Shown: one piece after another, positions 46,425 to 55,091 of the stretch | Layout of the letters: each line of letters begins with the position of its first letter | How positions within the stretch are numbered: the stretch's first letter is position 1 | NCBI GenBank assembly: GCA_964596775.1 | Contig: CAZQVN010000012.1 | Coordinates: 19,023-83,022 of the forward strand | Direction of reading: 5' to 3' | Origin: an uncultured bacterium | GTDB lineage: Bacteria; Eisenbacteria; RBG-16-71-46; JABDJR01; JAWXBZ01 | DNA: 64,000 nt | Program-made: the position numbers and the translations under genes | Notes under the pieces: generated by a model | The model's input: the letters and a program-made list of their open reading frames with translations, nothing else | Told to the model about the DNA's origin: nothing | Database searches by the model: none

Positions 46425-48037
46425 TTGAGAAGGACGATGCGCCGGGTTTCCACGGCCGGTCCCGACCGGAAGCGCAGCATGTAGATGCCGGAAGCGAGAC
46501 GGCGACCGGCATCGTCCCTGCCGTTCCAGACGGCTTCGTGCTCGCCGCGGTCGTACGGGCCGTCCGCGAGAACGCGAATCCGGCGCCCGGCGAGATCGTG
46601 GACGGTCACCTCGGCGTGCCCCGCCTCGCGCATCCGCCAGCGCAGCGTCGTGCCCGCGCTGAACGGGTTGGGACTGGGCGGGAGGAGCGCCGGGATGCGG
46701 CCGGCGGCCGGGGGTTCCTCGGGAACCGCCACGACGGAACCGTGCGGAATGAAGTTGAACCCGGAGAGGATCACTTCCTGGTTGGATGCCGGAGCCCCGG
46801 TGATGCGCCACAAGTTGATATGCACCCGCGGCTGTTCAGGGCGCGGGATGTGGGCTCCGGCATAAGTCCAGGAATGTATGAGCGAGCCCGGAGATTCGTC
46901 CCCGGGACCGCCGCGCCAGCTCCGGTACTCCACCTTGTCGGGGAGCCAGCGGAACGCGTGACTCGTGATCTCGCCGTTGCCGAACGTGGCGGCGAAGCGG
47001 CTGATGTTGGCCGGGCCGTCGAAAGGCTGGGCCACGAACTGGCCGATGCTGTTGGCCGGATTGCCCCAGCGGCTGAACTCCACGTCGATTTCGTTGAACG
47101 GGTTCCACCAGAGCCAGGCGGGATCCCAGCAGTGGCCGTACTGCCAGAGAAACAGGCCGAGAACGACCTGCGGGTCGATCAGGTCGAGGCGCCCTTCGGT
47201 CGTGAAGATGTAATCGCCGTAGCCGAGGGCGTCCACGAGCGCCACCTCGGTGCTGTACCAGGATCCGCCGATGTTCTTCACGGTGACGTGCAGGCGCCCC
47301 TGGGGGTCGACCCAGACGGAACCGGAGCCGTCGCTGAACAGGTTCGGGCCGGGACCGTAGTAGCCGGGACCCTTGACCCGCCACGTCCGGCCGCCGAACG
47401 ACAGCGTCCTGCCGCCCGGAAAATCGTTCCACTGGATGGCGGCCAGGGAGGGCGACGTCTTGTGAAATTCCGCGGTGTCGAAGTAGACGTCGGGCACGGA
47501 GGTCCCGGGAGCCTGCAGCACGCCGAGCATCAGGCGGACGGCCACCGTCCCCGACGGAGCCGGACCGCTGGTGACCGTGAATTCCTGGACCTGGCCGGTC
47601 GGCGTGGCCGCGCCTGCCACCGTGTGGGATTCGTAGCTGATGAGCACGCCGCTGGAATTCCGCCACTCGATGTTGAGGATGGCCGCCGACTGGCCGGTCA
47701 GCGGCCTGACGGCGGTATGCCAGCCGTCGACGGACGCGATCCAGCGGTCGCCGGGCACGGAGGCCAGCTGCTGCCAGTAACCGGACACATCCCATCCCCC
47801 GGCGTTCGGGCCGGTGAGGCGGGCGGCTTTCGACCCGTGAACGGCGTTCGGGGAGGACCCGACGCTGCCGAACTGGTTCCATCCGCCGAACACCGTGCCG
47901 GACCCGACGACTTCAAAGCTGGGATTGGCCAGCAGGCACTGCGCTGCGGCCCGCGGGGCGCCGGCCGCAGCAGACAGAACAAGGATCGCACTCAGCGCCG
48001 CGGCGAGGCGGACGATGCCCGGGTTCCCCCTCTTCAA
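46421..48037 (-). CDS. Secreted CBM4_9-like + GH16-like (ExDxE) module protein with T9SS-type C-terminal domain
   Basis: Signal peptide. N-terminal CLLANPSFEVVGSG...GGWN CBM4_9-like module. Central FNEIDVEFSRWG resembles the GH16/XET DEIDFEF active site. The C-terminal ~75 aa (HAEVTVHDLAGRRIRVLADG...GIYMLRF...RIVLLK) matches the tail of the C25 peptidases. Confidence 0.65.
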   Translation of the reverse strand: MKRGNPGIVRLAAALSAILVLSAAAGAPRAAAQCLLANPSFEVVGSGTVFGGWNQFGSVGSSPNAVHGSKAARLTGPNAGGWDVSGYWQQLASVPGDRWIASVDGWHTAVRPLTGQSAAILNIEWRNSSGVLISYESHTVAGAATPTGQVQEFTVTSGPAPSGTVAVRLMLGVLQAPGTSVPDVYFDTAEFHKTSPSLAAIQWNDFPGGRTLSFGGRTWRVKGPGYYGPGPNLFSDGSGSVWVDPQGRLHVTVKNIGGSWYSTEVALVDALGYGDYIFTTEGRLDLIDPQVVLGLFLWQYGHCWDPAWLWWNPFNEIDVEFSRWGNPANSIGQFVAQPFDGPANISRFAATFGNGEITSHAFRWLPDKVEYRSWRGGPGDESPGSLIHSWTYAGAHIPRPEQPRVHINLWRITGAPASNQEVILSGFNFIPHGSVVAVPEEPPAAGRIPALLPPSPNPFSAGTTLRWRMREAGHAEVTVHDLAGRRIRVLADGPYDRGEHEAVWNGRDDAGRRLASGIYMLRFRSGPAVETRRIVLLK

Positions 48038-49446
48038 TCGACCAGCACCATGGTGCGGGACAACCGGCCGCCGGACGTGGTCATGACGTAGCGGTAGATG
48101 CCCGCGGCCGCGCGCGACCCGGCGTCCGTTTCGCCGTTCCAGAGAACGGAGTGCGATCCGCCGTCCATCCGCCCGTCGAGCAGCGTGGCCACCCGGCGTC
48201 CGGCGACGTCGAACACGGAGAGGCGGACGTCATCGGCCCCGTCGAGGCTGAACTCGATCCGGGTGGACGGGCTGAACGGATTCGGACTGTTCTGGCCGAG
48301 CCGGAACGCCACCGGCGGCGTCGTGATCGGCGCGGCGGTGGGATCCACGGAACGGAACGAAAGATCATCCACCCAGACTGCTCCGCCCATCAGCGTCGGC
48401 GAGATGAACAGGATGAACGCCTCCACCGTGGCCGTGCCGGCCGGAGCGATCCCCTGGGTGGCGTGATGCGCCCATTTTCCGAGCGGCGCCTTGTTGTCGG
48501 CGACGACCGTCTCGACCGATCCGACCTCGTCCCCGATCCCGTTGCGGAACACGATGCGGGCCACGGCATAGTTGTCGTTCGTTCCGGCGATCGGGTCCTC
48601 GCGGCAGGTCACGAGCGCGTGCGCGTCCATCCGCCAGGCCGATCCGGGCGCCGCGGCAAACGACTGGAACAGGCCGGACGGCGCATCGGCGACGAACGTG
48701 GAAAACAGCTTGGCGCTTCCGGCCGGCGTCCGCACGGTGAAATTCCGCGCATCGTAGAACACGTTGCCGAACGTGGACCATCCGGACAGCCCGCCGCTGA
48801 AGGACGGGTTCGCGAGCACGTTGGGCAGCGAGGCCGGCAGCGTCTCGCAGAAATTCACGTCGTCGAGGTACACGGCTCCGGGGTCGCAGCCGGGCTGCAG
48901 GAAGAGAAACAGGGCCTCGACGCGCAGGGCGCCGGCCGGGACCGGCGCGGAAACCGTGAAGTGGTGCCACTTGTTGATCGGAGTCGAGTAGTCGCCGATG
49001 ACCACCTCGCTCGCGGAGATTTCCGATCCTCCCGAAGCCATGTTGAAGAAAACGATCTTGGCGATCATGCGGTTGCGGTTGCAGGTGTCCGTACCCGGGA
49101 TCGGATCGGCACCGGACACGAACGAGTAACCGCTCAGCTCGTAGACGCGACCGGACGTCGGCGTGAAGGCCTGCCCGAATCCGCCGACCCGGTAGCCGGG
49201 CGTTCCGGGGCATCCGGTGAACTCGCCGAACGTCTTGGACGCGGCGGTTCCGGAGCGGAAGATGTTGTCGCCGGGTGTGGGCAGGGACAGATTGGGGCCG
49301 CTGCCGAACTTGAACCAGCCGGTGTACGAACCTCCCCCGGTTTCAAACCCGGGATTGGCCAGGAGATTGACGCCGGCGGAAGCGGGCGCGGCCGCGAGGA
49401 ACGCCAGCACTGCGCCCATGCCGGCGGCGATAAGGAATCTCTTCAT
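48034..49446 (-). CDS. Secreted tandem CBM4_9-like carbohydrate-binding protein with T9SS-type C-terminal domain
   Basis: ATG 49446 (GGGAGG 7 nt upstream). MKRFLIAAGMGAVLAFLAAAPASA signal. Two repeats start NLLANPGFETGGGSYTGW and NVLANPSFSGGLSGW. C-terminal NPFSPSTRIEFSL...GIYRYVM...RTMVLVD tail. Confidence 0.65.
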   Translation of the reverse strand: MKRFLIAAGMGAVLAFLAAAPASAGVNLLANPGFETGGGSYTGWFKFGSGPNLSLPTPGDNIFRSGTAASKTFGEFTGCPGTPGYRVGGFGQAFTPTSGRVYELSGYSFVSGADPIPGTDTCNRNRMIAKIVFFNMASGGSEISASEVVIGDYSTPINKWHHFTVSAPVPAGALRVEALFLFLQPGCDPGAVYLDDVNFCETLPASLPNVLANPSFSGGLSGWSTFGNVFYDARNFTVRTPAGSAKLFSTFVADAPSGLFQSFAAAPGSAWRMDAHALVTCREDPIAGTNDNYAVARIVFRNGIGDEVGSVETVVADNKAPLGKWAHHATQGIAPAGTATVEAFILFISPTLMGGAVWVDDLSFRSVDPTAAPITTPPVAFRLGQNSPNPFSPSTRIEFSLDGADDVRLSVFDVAGRRVATLLDGRMDGGSHSVLWNGETDAGSRAAAGIYRYVMTTSGGRLSRTMVLVD

Positions 49447-49522
49447 GATGGGTCCTCCCGGAGTGTGAACCGGGGGCGGTACTCGGGGCCTCTTCGACTC
49501 CTGCCCCGCCCCCCGGCAGAGC

Positions 49523-49540
49523 CTCGAATATCTCGAATAT
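49523..49540. repeat. Tandem direct repeat CTCGAATAT x2 in divergent promoter region
   Basis: ctcgaatatctcgaatat at 49523..49540. On the minus strand it gives TATATTCGAGATATTCGAG, with a TATATT -10-like hexamer for the minus-strand CBM operon. Confidence 0.4.
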
Positions 49541-49552
49541 AGTGTGGTCGCC

Positions 49553-49582
49553 TTGACTTCTCCCATCATGATACACTATGTT
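49553..49582 (+). promoter_or_regulatory. Candidate sigma70 promoter (TTGACT-18-TATGTT) for the plus-strand ABC-ATPase/GH1/GH-fusion operon
   Basis: -35 TTGACT at 49553..49558 and -10 TATGTT at 49577..49582. This is about 45 nt upstream of the GTG at 49629. The -10 overlaps the palindromic operator. Confidence 0.45.
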
Positions 49583-49597
49583 CGGCAATCGAACAAA
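49577..49597. promoter_or_regulatory. Palindromic operator TGTTCG-gcaat-CGAACA (copy 1 of 2)
   Basis: tATGTTCGgcaatCGAACAAAg has 6-bp perfect arms (8 bp with one mismatch) and a 5-nt spacer. It overlaps the -10/TSS. The same half-sites recur at 63286..63308. Confidence 0.55.
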
Positions 49598-49628
49598 GTC
49601 GAAAATGGACCTGTCCGGGAGATGATCC

Positions 49629-50516
49629 GTGACCACCCACACTGGAGTCGACACTCCGCCGCTGCTCGAAGTCCGGGACCTCCGCAAGGAGTTCGTCTCG
49701 AAGGGGCTTTTCAAGCCGGAACGCCGGATTGTCGCCGCCGACAACGTGTCCTTCCGGATCGAGCGCGGCGAGGCCCTGGCCCTCGTGGGGGAGTCGGGCA
49801 GCGGCAAGAGCACGGTGGCCCGGATACTCCTCCGGCTGCTCGAACCGGACGGCGGCTCCATCCTGCTCGACGGAATCGACGTTCTGGCCCGGGAACCGCG
49901 GGGGGCCTCGCTCGGCTACCGCGGACGCGTCCAGATGGTGTTCCAGGACCCGTTCGGCTCGCTGAACTCCGTGCATACCATCCTGCACCACCTCGAGAGG
50001 CCGCTGATCCGGCACGGCCGGACCGGAGCCACGAACCCGTCGCAGACGGTGTCACGGCACGTGGAACGACCGATGAAGCGGCACGGTCGCGGCGCCTCCG
50101 CGGACATCCGGGCACGCGCGCTGGAACTGCTGTCCATCGTCGGCCTTGATCCCGCGGCCGAGTTCATCGACCGGTACCCCTACGAGCTGTCCGGCGGGCA
50201 GCGCCAGCGCGTGGCCATTGCGCGGGCCCTGGCCGTGGAACCCGACCTCCTCGTGGCCGACGAGCCCACTTCCATGCTCGATGTGTCCATCCGCATGGAC
50301 ATCCTGAACCTTCTCGCCCGGCTGAAACGGGACCGGGGGCTGGCCATACTGCTGATCACTCATGACCTGGCCTCGGCACGCTACCTCGCGGAGCGGATCA
50401 TGGTCCTCTACCGCGGACGGATCGTCGAGGAAGGCGCGGCCGCCTCCATCGTGAACGCACCCACCCACCCCTACACGGTGTCCCTTCTCGAGGCGATCGC
50501 CGGAGCGTCGGCGTGA
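49629..50516 (+). CDS. ABC transporter ATP-binding protein (OppF/DppF-like)
   Basis: GTG 49629 with GGGAG 7 nt upstream. Walker A GESGSGKST, signature LSGGQRQR, Walker B LLVADEPTSMLD, H-loop ITHDL. Confidence 0.85.
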   Translation: MTTHTGVDTPPLLEVRDLRKEFVSKGLFKPERRIVAADNVSFRIERGEALALVGESGSGKSTVARILLRLLEPDGGSILLDGIDVLAREPRGASLGYRGRVQMVFQDPFGSLNSVHTILHHLERPLIRHGRTGATNPSQTVSRHVERPMKRHGRGASADIRARALELLSIVGLDPAAEFIDRYPYELSGGQRQRVAIARALAVEPDLLVADEPTSMLDVSIRMDILNLLARLKRDRGLAILLITHDLASARYLAERIMVLYRGRIVEEGAAASIVNAPTHPYTVSLLEAIAGASA

Positions 50517-51919
50517 CCCGGCGCCGGTTTCCCGAGGGCTTTCTCTGGGGGGCGGCCACGTCCGCGCCGCAGATCGAAGGAAGTCCCGACGCCGGGGGGC
50601 GCGGCGAGTCGATCTGGGACCGGTTTGCCGCCACGCCCGGCCGCATCGAGGACGGTTCGGACGCCCGGGTCGCCTGCGATCACTACAACCGCTGGCGCGC
50701 CGACATCGGCCTGATGCGCTGGCTGGGGATCGGCGCGTACCGGTTCTCCATCGCCTGGCCGCGCGTCCTTCCGAACGGTGACGGCGCGGTCAACGAACGC
50801 GGGCTCGACTTCTACGACCAGCTCGTGGACGGCCTGCTCGAGGCCGGGATCGACCCGTTCGTGACGCTCTATCACTGGGATCTCCCCCAGGCACTCGAGG
50901 ACCGGGGGGGCTGGGGCAACCGCGACACCGTGGACGCCTTCACGGCGTATGCCGAGGCGGTCGTGGCCCGCCTCGGCGACCGGGTGCGGAACTGGACCAC
51001 CCACAACGAGCCGTGGTGCATTGCCGCGCTCGGACACGAGGAGGGGGTCCACGCGCCGGGGCACAAGGATCCGGCCCTTTCGCTCTCGGTGGCGCATCAC
51101 CTGCTGCTCTCGCACGGCCGCGCGGTCGAACTCATCCGGGCCCGCCGCCCCGACGCCCGCGCCGGAATCGTCCTGAACCTGACCCCGGCCCATCCGGAAA
51201 CGGAAGGCTCCGCGCGAGACATCGACGCGGCCCGCCAGTTCGACGGACTCTTCAACCGCTGGTACCTCGATCCCCTGTTTCACGGCCGCTACCCGGCGGA
51301 CGCCGTCAACGACCGGGTGCGTTACGGCCATCTCGAGGATCACGATCTTCCGTTCGTGCTGCCGGGAGACATGGACGAGATCCGGACTCCGCTCGATTTC
51401 CTCGGCATCAACTACTACAGCCGCGTCGTCGTCCGCGCCGGAGACGACGGACGCCCCCGGGCCGTTCCCGGAGCGCCGGCCGAGGAACTGACCGACATGG
51501 GCTGGGAGGTGTATCCGCAGGCGCTCGACCCCCTCCTCGTCCGGATCCACGAGGAGTACGGCCCTCCGGAGATCTGCATCACGGAAAACGGGGCCGCCTA
51601 CACCGACGCCCGCGACGAGCACGGGCGGGTCATCGACCGGCGCCGCATCGAGTACTTCCGCGGACACCTTGCCGCGGCGCACCGGGCGATCGAGGCCGGC
51701 GTGCCGCTGTCCGGATACTTTGCCTGGTCGCTGCTCGACAATTTCGAATGGGCGCACGGTTACGCAAGGCGGTTCGGCCTGTTCGACGTGAACTACAGCA
51801 CGCAGGAACGCGCGGCGAAGGAAAGCGCGTTCTGGTACCGCGACGTGATCGCCGGAAACGGGTTCGACGACCGACCCGCGTCCCGCCGCGCCGAACACTC
51901 TTCGAGGAGGTTCCCTTGA
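50513..51919 (+). CDS. GH1 family beta-glucosidase
   Basis: GTGA overlap with the upstream stop. N-terminal FPEGFLWGAATSAPQIEG. Acid/base TTHNEPW. Nucleophile ICITENGAAY. 468 aa. Confidence 0.9.
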   Translation: MTRRRFPEGFLWGAATSAPQIEGSPDAGGRGESIWDRFAATPGRIEDGSDARVACDHYNRWRADIGLMRWLGIGAYRFSIAWPRVLPNGDGAVNERGLDFYDQLVDGLLEAGIDPFVTLYHWDLPQALEDRGGWGNRDTVDAFTAYAEAVVARLGDRVRNWTTHNEPWCIAALGHEEGVHAPGHKDPALSLSVAHHLLLSHGRAVELIRARRPDARAGIVLNLTPAHPETEGSARDIDAARQFDGLFNRWYLDPLFHGRYPADAVNDRVRYGHLEDHDLPFVLPGDMDEIRTPLDFLGINYYSRVVVRAGDDGRPRAVPGAPAEELTDMGWEVYPQALDPLLVRIHEEYGPPEICITENGAAYTDARDEHGRVIDRRRIEYFRGHLAAAHRAIEAGVPLSGYFAWSLLDNFEWAHGYARRFGLFDVNYSTQERAAKESAFWYRDVIAGNGFDDRPASRRAEHSSRRFP

Positions 51920-54900
51920 GCTTCATCCGGACAGGATCTGCCGGCGGCCGCGCGATGCTGGCCGCCATGGTGATGACGACACTGCTGGCGGCGGCCCCGG
52001 CCTCCTCGGCCGAGGACAGCGCATCCGCCGCGGTTGCGAAGGTGGCGGTGGTCACCGACGGCCAGGGAAGCCGGATCCAGGTCGACGGCCGGGACATGAT
52101 GATCTACGGCATGAACTGGGACTGCTTCCCCGTCGGCACGAACTACACGTTCGACCTCTGGTCGCAGCCGGACGCGATCATCGAGGAGATGCTGGCCCGC
52201 GACATGCCGCTCCTCCGGGAAATGGGGGTCAACGCCATCCGGCTCTACGTGGGCGTCCCCCCCCGCTGGGTCCGGTTCATGTACGAGCGCTACGGCATCT
52301 ACACGATCCTCAACCACCCGATGGCCCGCTACGGCTTTCTCCTCGACGGCGTCTGGGTGGCATCGGTGGATTACGCGGACGAACGACTGCGCGAGGCGGT
52401 CAAGGCCGAGATCCTGGCGGTCGTCGAGGAGTTCCGGGACACGCCGGGCGTGCTGATGTGGCTGCTCGGCAACGAGAACAACTACGGGCTCACCTGGACG
52501 TCCGCGGAAACCGAGGCGCTTCCGGAAGGGGAGCGGGACGGAGCACGGGCCCGCAAGCTCTATTCGCTGTTCAACGAGGTGACGAAGGGGGTCAAGGCCC
52601 TCGACCCGAACCGCCCGGTGGCCATCGCCAACGGCGACGTCCAGTACATCGACATCATCGCCGAGGAGTGCACGGACATCGACGTCTTCGGCACGAACGT
52701 CTACCGCGGTCTCTCGGCGCGCGACCTCTTCCAGGTCGTCAAGGACAAGCTCGGCGTTCCGGTGTTGTTCACGGAGTTCGGAGCCGACGCGTTCAACGCC
52801 CGCGAGATGCGCGAAGACCAGGAGACGCAGTGCCGCTATCTCGTCGCCCAGTGGGAGGAGATCTACGAGCAGTCGAGCGGCAAGGGTCGGGTCGGCAACG
52901 CCGTCGGCGGCCTCGTCTTCCAGTGGACGGACGGCTGGTGGAAGTACAAGCAGGAGGAGCGGCTGGACGTGCACGACACGAACGCGTCCTGGCCGAATGC
53001 CGGTTACCCCGAGGACTACGTGGCCGGCGCGAACAACATGAACGAGGAGTGGTGGGGCATCACCGCGAAGGGGCCGACGGAGCTCAACGGCCTGTACAAG
53101 GTCTATCCGCGGGCCGCCTACTACGCGCTCAAGAGGGCGTTTTCCCTCCCGGCCTACGCGCCGGGCACGGACATCGAGGCGATCCGGGATCACTTCCGCA
53201 CGATCTCCGCCGCGGCGGCCGCTCTCGAGGCCCGCGGTGACCGCGCGGCCCTCGTGGCCGAGCAGCTGTCGCGCGTCCGCCTGTCCGGGCTCCGCCTCGA
53301 GTTCGAAACGTATTCGACCGGCGGCACCGGCATCACCACGCCCGAGGCATCGGGCGGCGCCGGCGGGGCCTACCCCTCGTTCCGGGGTTTCGACCAGATG
53401 CAGTCGTTTTATGCCGCACTCGAGGCGAAGCCGGCGGAAAACGTCACCGGGACGGTCACGATGAACGTGCTCGGCAGCGTCCCGGCCAATCCGATCGACG
53501 AGATCTTCTATGAAAACCGCGGGAGGCCGGTCAGCGTGGAAACCGGCGGGACGCAGGCGCTCGCGCTCGAGGACATCGAGCGGGTCAAGGTGTACCAGGC
53601 CGGCGTGTCCTGGGACGACACCCACTTCCTGCTCGACGGGTTCTACCGCACCGGTCACCTGCACTGGGCGTACGAAGGCGATTTCTTCGGCCTGTACCGC
53701 GAGGCGTACTACGGCGACAACATCGACATCTACAACGGCGTGGCCCCGGTCGGCCTGGAGTTGACCGGCAAGCGGCAGTTTTCGGGCCTCAAGCTGGCCA
53801 TGGGACCGGAGCTCTGGTGGGGCGCGAACCCGGCGGTGTTCCTGAAATACAACCGGCAGATCGGGTCGATCGCGGCCACCGGCATCTACCAGGAGGACAT
53901 CGCCGAGAAGTCGGGAGCGGCCAGCTCCACCGCCATTCCGGTGCCGCCGACGCGGAAGGCCACGCTGCAGCTGGCCACGCGGCGCGGCCTGTTCGGCCTC
54001 GAAGTCGGAGGCATCTGGTCCGGCCAGACGAAGGTCGGCGACCCGTTCGAGGTCGTCGACGACACCGGAGACGGCACCCTCCTGCTCCAGGACGAGGTGA
54101 AGGGCTCCGACGCCTTCGGAGCCAAGGCCAAGCTGACGTTCCAGAAGGGGCGCTGGAACTGGTACGGACAGGCCGCGTACATGGGCGTCGTGGCGGACGC
54201 GGGCCCGACGACGATTCCCACGTTCACCGGATGGACGCTCAAGGACTCGGGCTCCGGCAACCAGGCCAACGTCCTGACCGGCCTGGCCGTGAACATGGGC
54301 CATTTCCAGGTGGCGCCGAACTTTCTCTACCAGAAGCCGCTCGTCGGCCCGCTCCCCTTCGATCCGGACGGGCGGTTCTTCGCCCGCAACGTCATCGACG
54401 ATCCGTTCGCGGTGCGCGGCAACCGGGAAACCGTGGGCACGGAGCTCCTGTTCACGTTCGATCCGACGCCGGCCACCTGGTTCTGGATGTGGGACAATGA
54501 CGTGCGCGAGGACGCCCGTTTCGCGGCGAGCCTGGGCTGGACGCTGCGCCACCTGCCGACGACGCAGGACGGGGCGCTCTACGTGTCGGCGGACGGCATC
54601 ACGTTTCCGTTCCTGTCGGCCACGCCCCCGCGCGACCTCTGGGAGGTCAGGAGCCGCATCGTGTCCCGCATGAGCCCGACCACCCGCCTGGTGGCCCACA
54701 TCTACGGGGGGACCGCGGAGCCGAACGGCGACGACCCGCGGCTCCTCAAGCGGTTCGGCGCCGATGCGCGGCTGGCGGTCGAGTCGATCGCGTTCGAGAC
54801 GTTCGTCAAGATCAACGACTTCGGTCCGTACGACTACCATCGCGACTTCAACCTGACGTTTCCGGTCCAGCTGATGGGCGACCTCTCGCACACGCTCGGA

Positions 54901-55053
54901 AACCCGCGCTGGTTCAACTTCGCGCAGACGAAACTCGGCGTCCGGGGCACGTGGAGATCGCTCGACGATTTCTCGCCGCGCTACGCGCCGGAACTCGGCA
55001 CGACGAAGAGCAACGAGTGGGAGATCCGGACCTACCTGCACCTGGGGCTGTAG
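51916..55053 (+). CDS. Secreted clan GH-A TIM-barrel glycoside hydrolase fused to a ~700-aa C-terminal beta-rich domain (possible outer-membrane beta-barrel), 1046 aa
   Basis: TTG 51916 (AGGAGG 5 nt upstream) overlaps the GH1 stop as TTGA. Signal peptide MSFIRTGSAGGRAMLAAMVMTTLLAAAPASSA. Catalytic-pair pattern WLLGNENNYG (acid/base NE) and VLFTEFGADAF (nucleophile E). The C-terminal half is Gly/Tyr/Trp/Thr-rich with alternating hydrophobic patterns and ends ...WEIRTYLHLGL. The earlier part of the track ORF (51013..51915) is an out-of-frame overlap with the GH1 gene and was discarded. Confidence 0.6.
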   Translation: MSFIRTGSAGGRAMLAAMVMTTLLAAAPASSAEDSASAAVAKVAVVTDGQGSRIQVDGRDMMIYGMNWDCFPVGTNYTFDLWSQPDAIIEEMLARDMPLLREMGVNAIRLYVGVPPRWVRFMYERYGIYTILNHPMARYGFLLDGVWVASVDYADERLREAVKAEILAVVEEFRDTPGVLMWLLGNENNYGLTWTSAETEALPEGERDGARARKLYSLFNEVTKGVKALDPNRPVAIANGDVQYIDIIAEECTDIDVFGTNVYRGLSARDLFQVVKDKLGVPVLFTEFGADAFNAREMREDQETQCRYLVAQWEEIYEQSSGKGRVGNAVGGLVFQWTDGWWKYKQEERLDVHDTNASWPNAGYPEDYVAGANNMNEEWWGITAKGPTELNGLYKVYPRAAYYALKRAFSLPAYAPGTDIEAIRDHFRTISAAAAALEARGDRAALVAEQLSRVRLSGLRLEFETYSTGGTGITTPEASGGAGGAYPSFRGFDQMQSFYAALEAKPAENVTGTVTMNVLGSVPANPIDEIFYENRGRPVSVETGGTQALALEDIERVKVYQAGVSWDDTHFLLDGFYRTGHLHWAYEGDFFGLYREAYYGDNIDIYNGVAPVGLELTGKRQFSGLKLAMGPELWWGANPAVFLKYNRQIGSIAATGIYQEDIAEKSGAASSTAIPVPPTRKATLQLATRRGLFGLEVGGIWSGQTKVGDPFEVVDDTGDGTLLLQDEVKGSDAFGAKAKLTFQKGRWNWYGQAAYMGVVADAGPTTIPTFTGWTLKDSGSGNQANVLTGLAVNMGHFQVAPNFLYQKPLVGPLPFDPDGRFFARNVIDDPFAVRGNRETVGTELLFTFDPTPATWFWMWDNDVREDARFAASLGWTLRHLPTTQDGALYVSADGITFPFLSATPPRDLWEVRSRIVSRMSPTTRLVAHIYGGTAEPNGDDPRLLKRFGADARLAVESIAFETFVKINDFGPYDYHRDFNLTFPVQLMGDLSHTLGNPRWFNFAQTKLGVRGTWRSLDDFSPRYAPELGTTKSNEWEIRTYLHLGL

Positions 55054-55057
55054 GCGG

Positions 55058-55076
55058 TCCCGGGGCGCTTCCGGGA
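55058..55076. terminator. Hairpin TCCCGG-ggcgctt-CCGGGA between convergent genes (possible bidirectional terminator, no U-tract)
   Basis: 6-bp stem with 7-nt loop, centred in the 38-nt gap between the + gene ending at 55053 and the - gene ending at 55092. Confidence 0.3.
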
Positions 55077-55091
55077 GATTCCGCCCGCGGC

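Noticed and set aside
43326-46484. 1052-aa plus-strand ORF and the 130-codon upstream extension of the 42903 gene
   Set aside because: The plus ORF is an antisense shadow. The minus-strand gene more plausibly starts at GTG 46424, which overlaps the upstream stop (GTGA), than at 46811 inside the upstream gene.
51013-51915. 5' 300 codons of track ORF 51013..55053
   Set aside because: Out-of-frame overlap with the well-supported GH1 gene. The real start is TTG 51916 with AGGAGG RBS and signal peptide.
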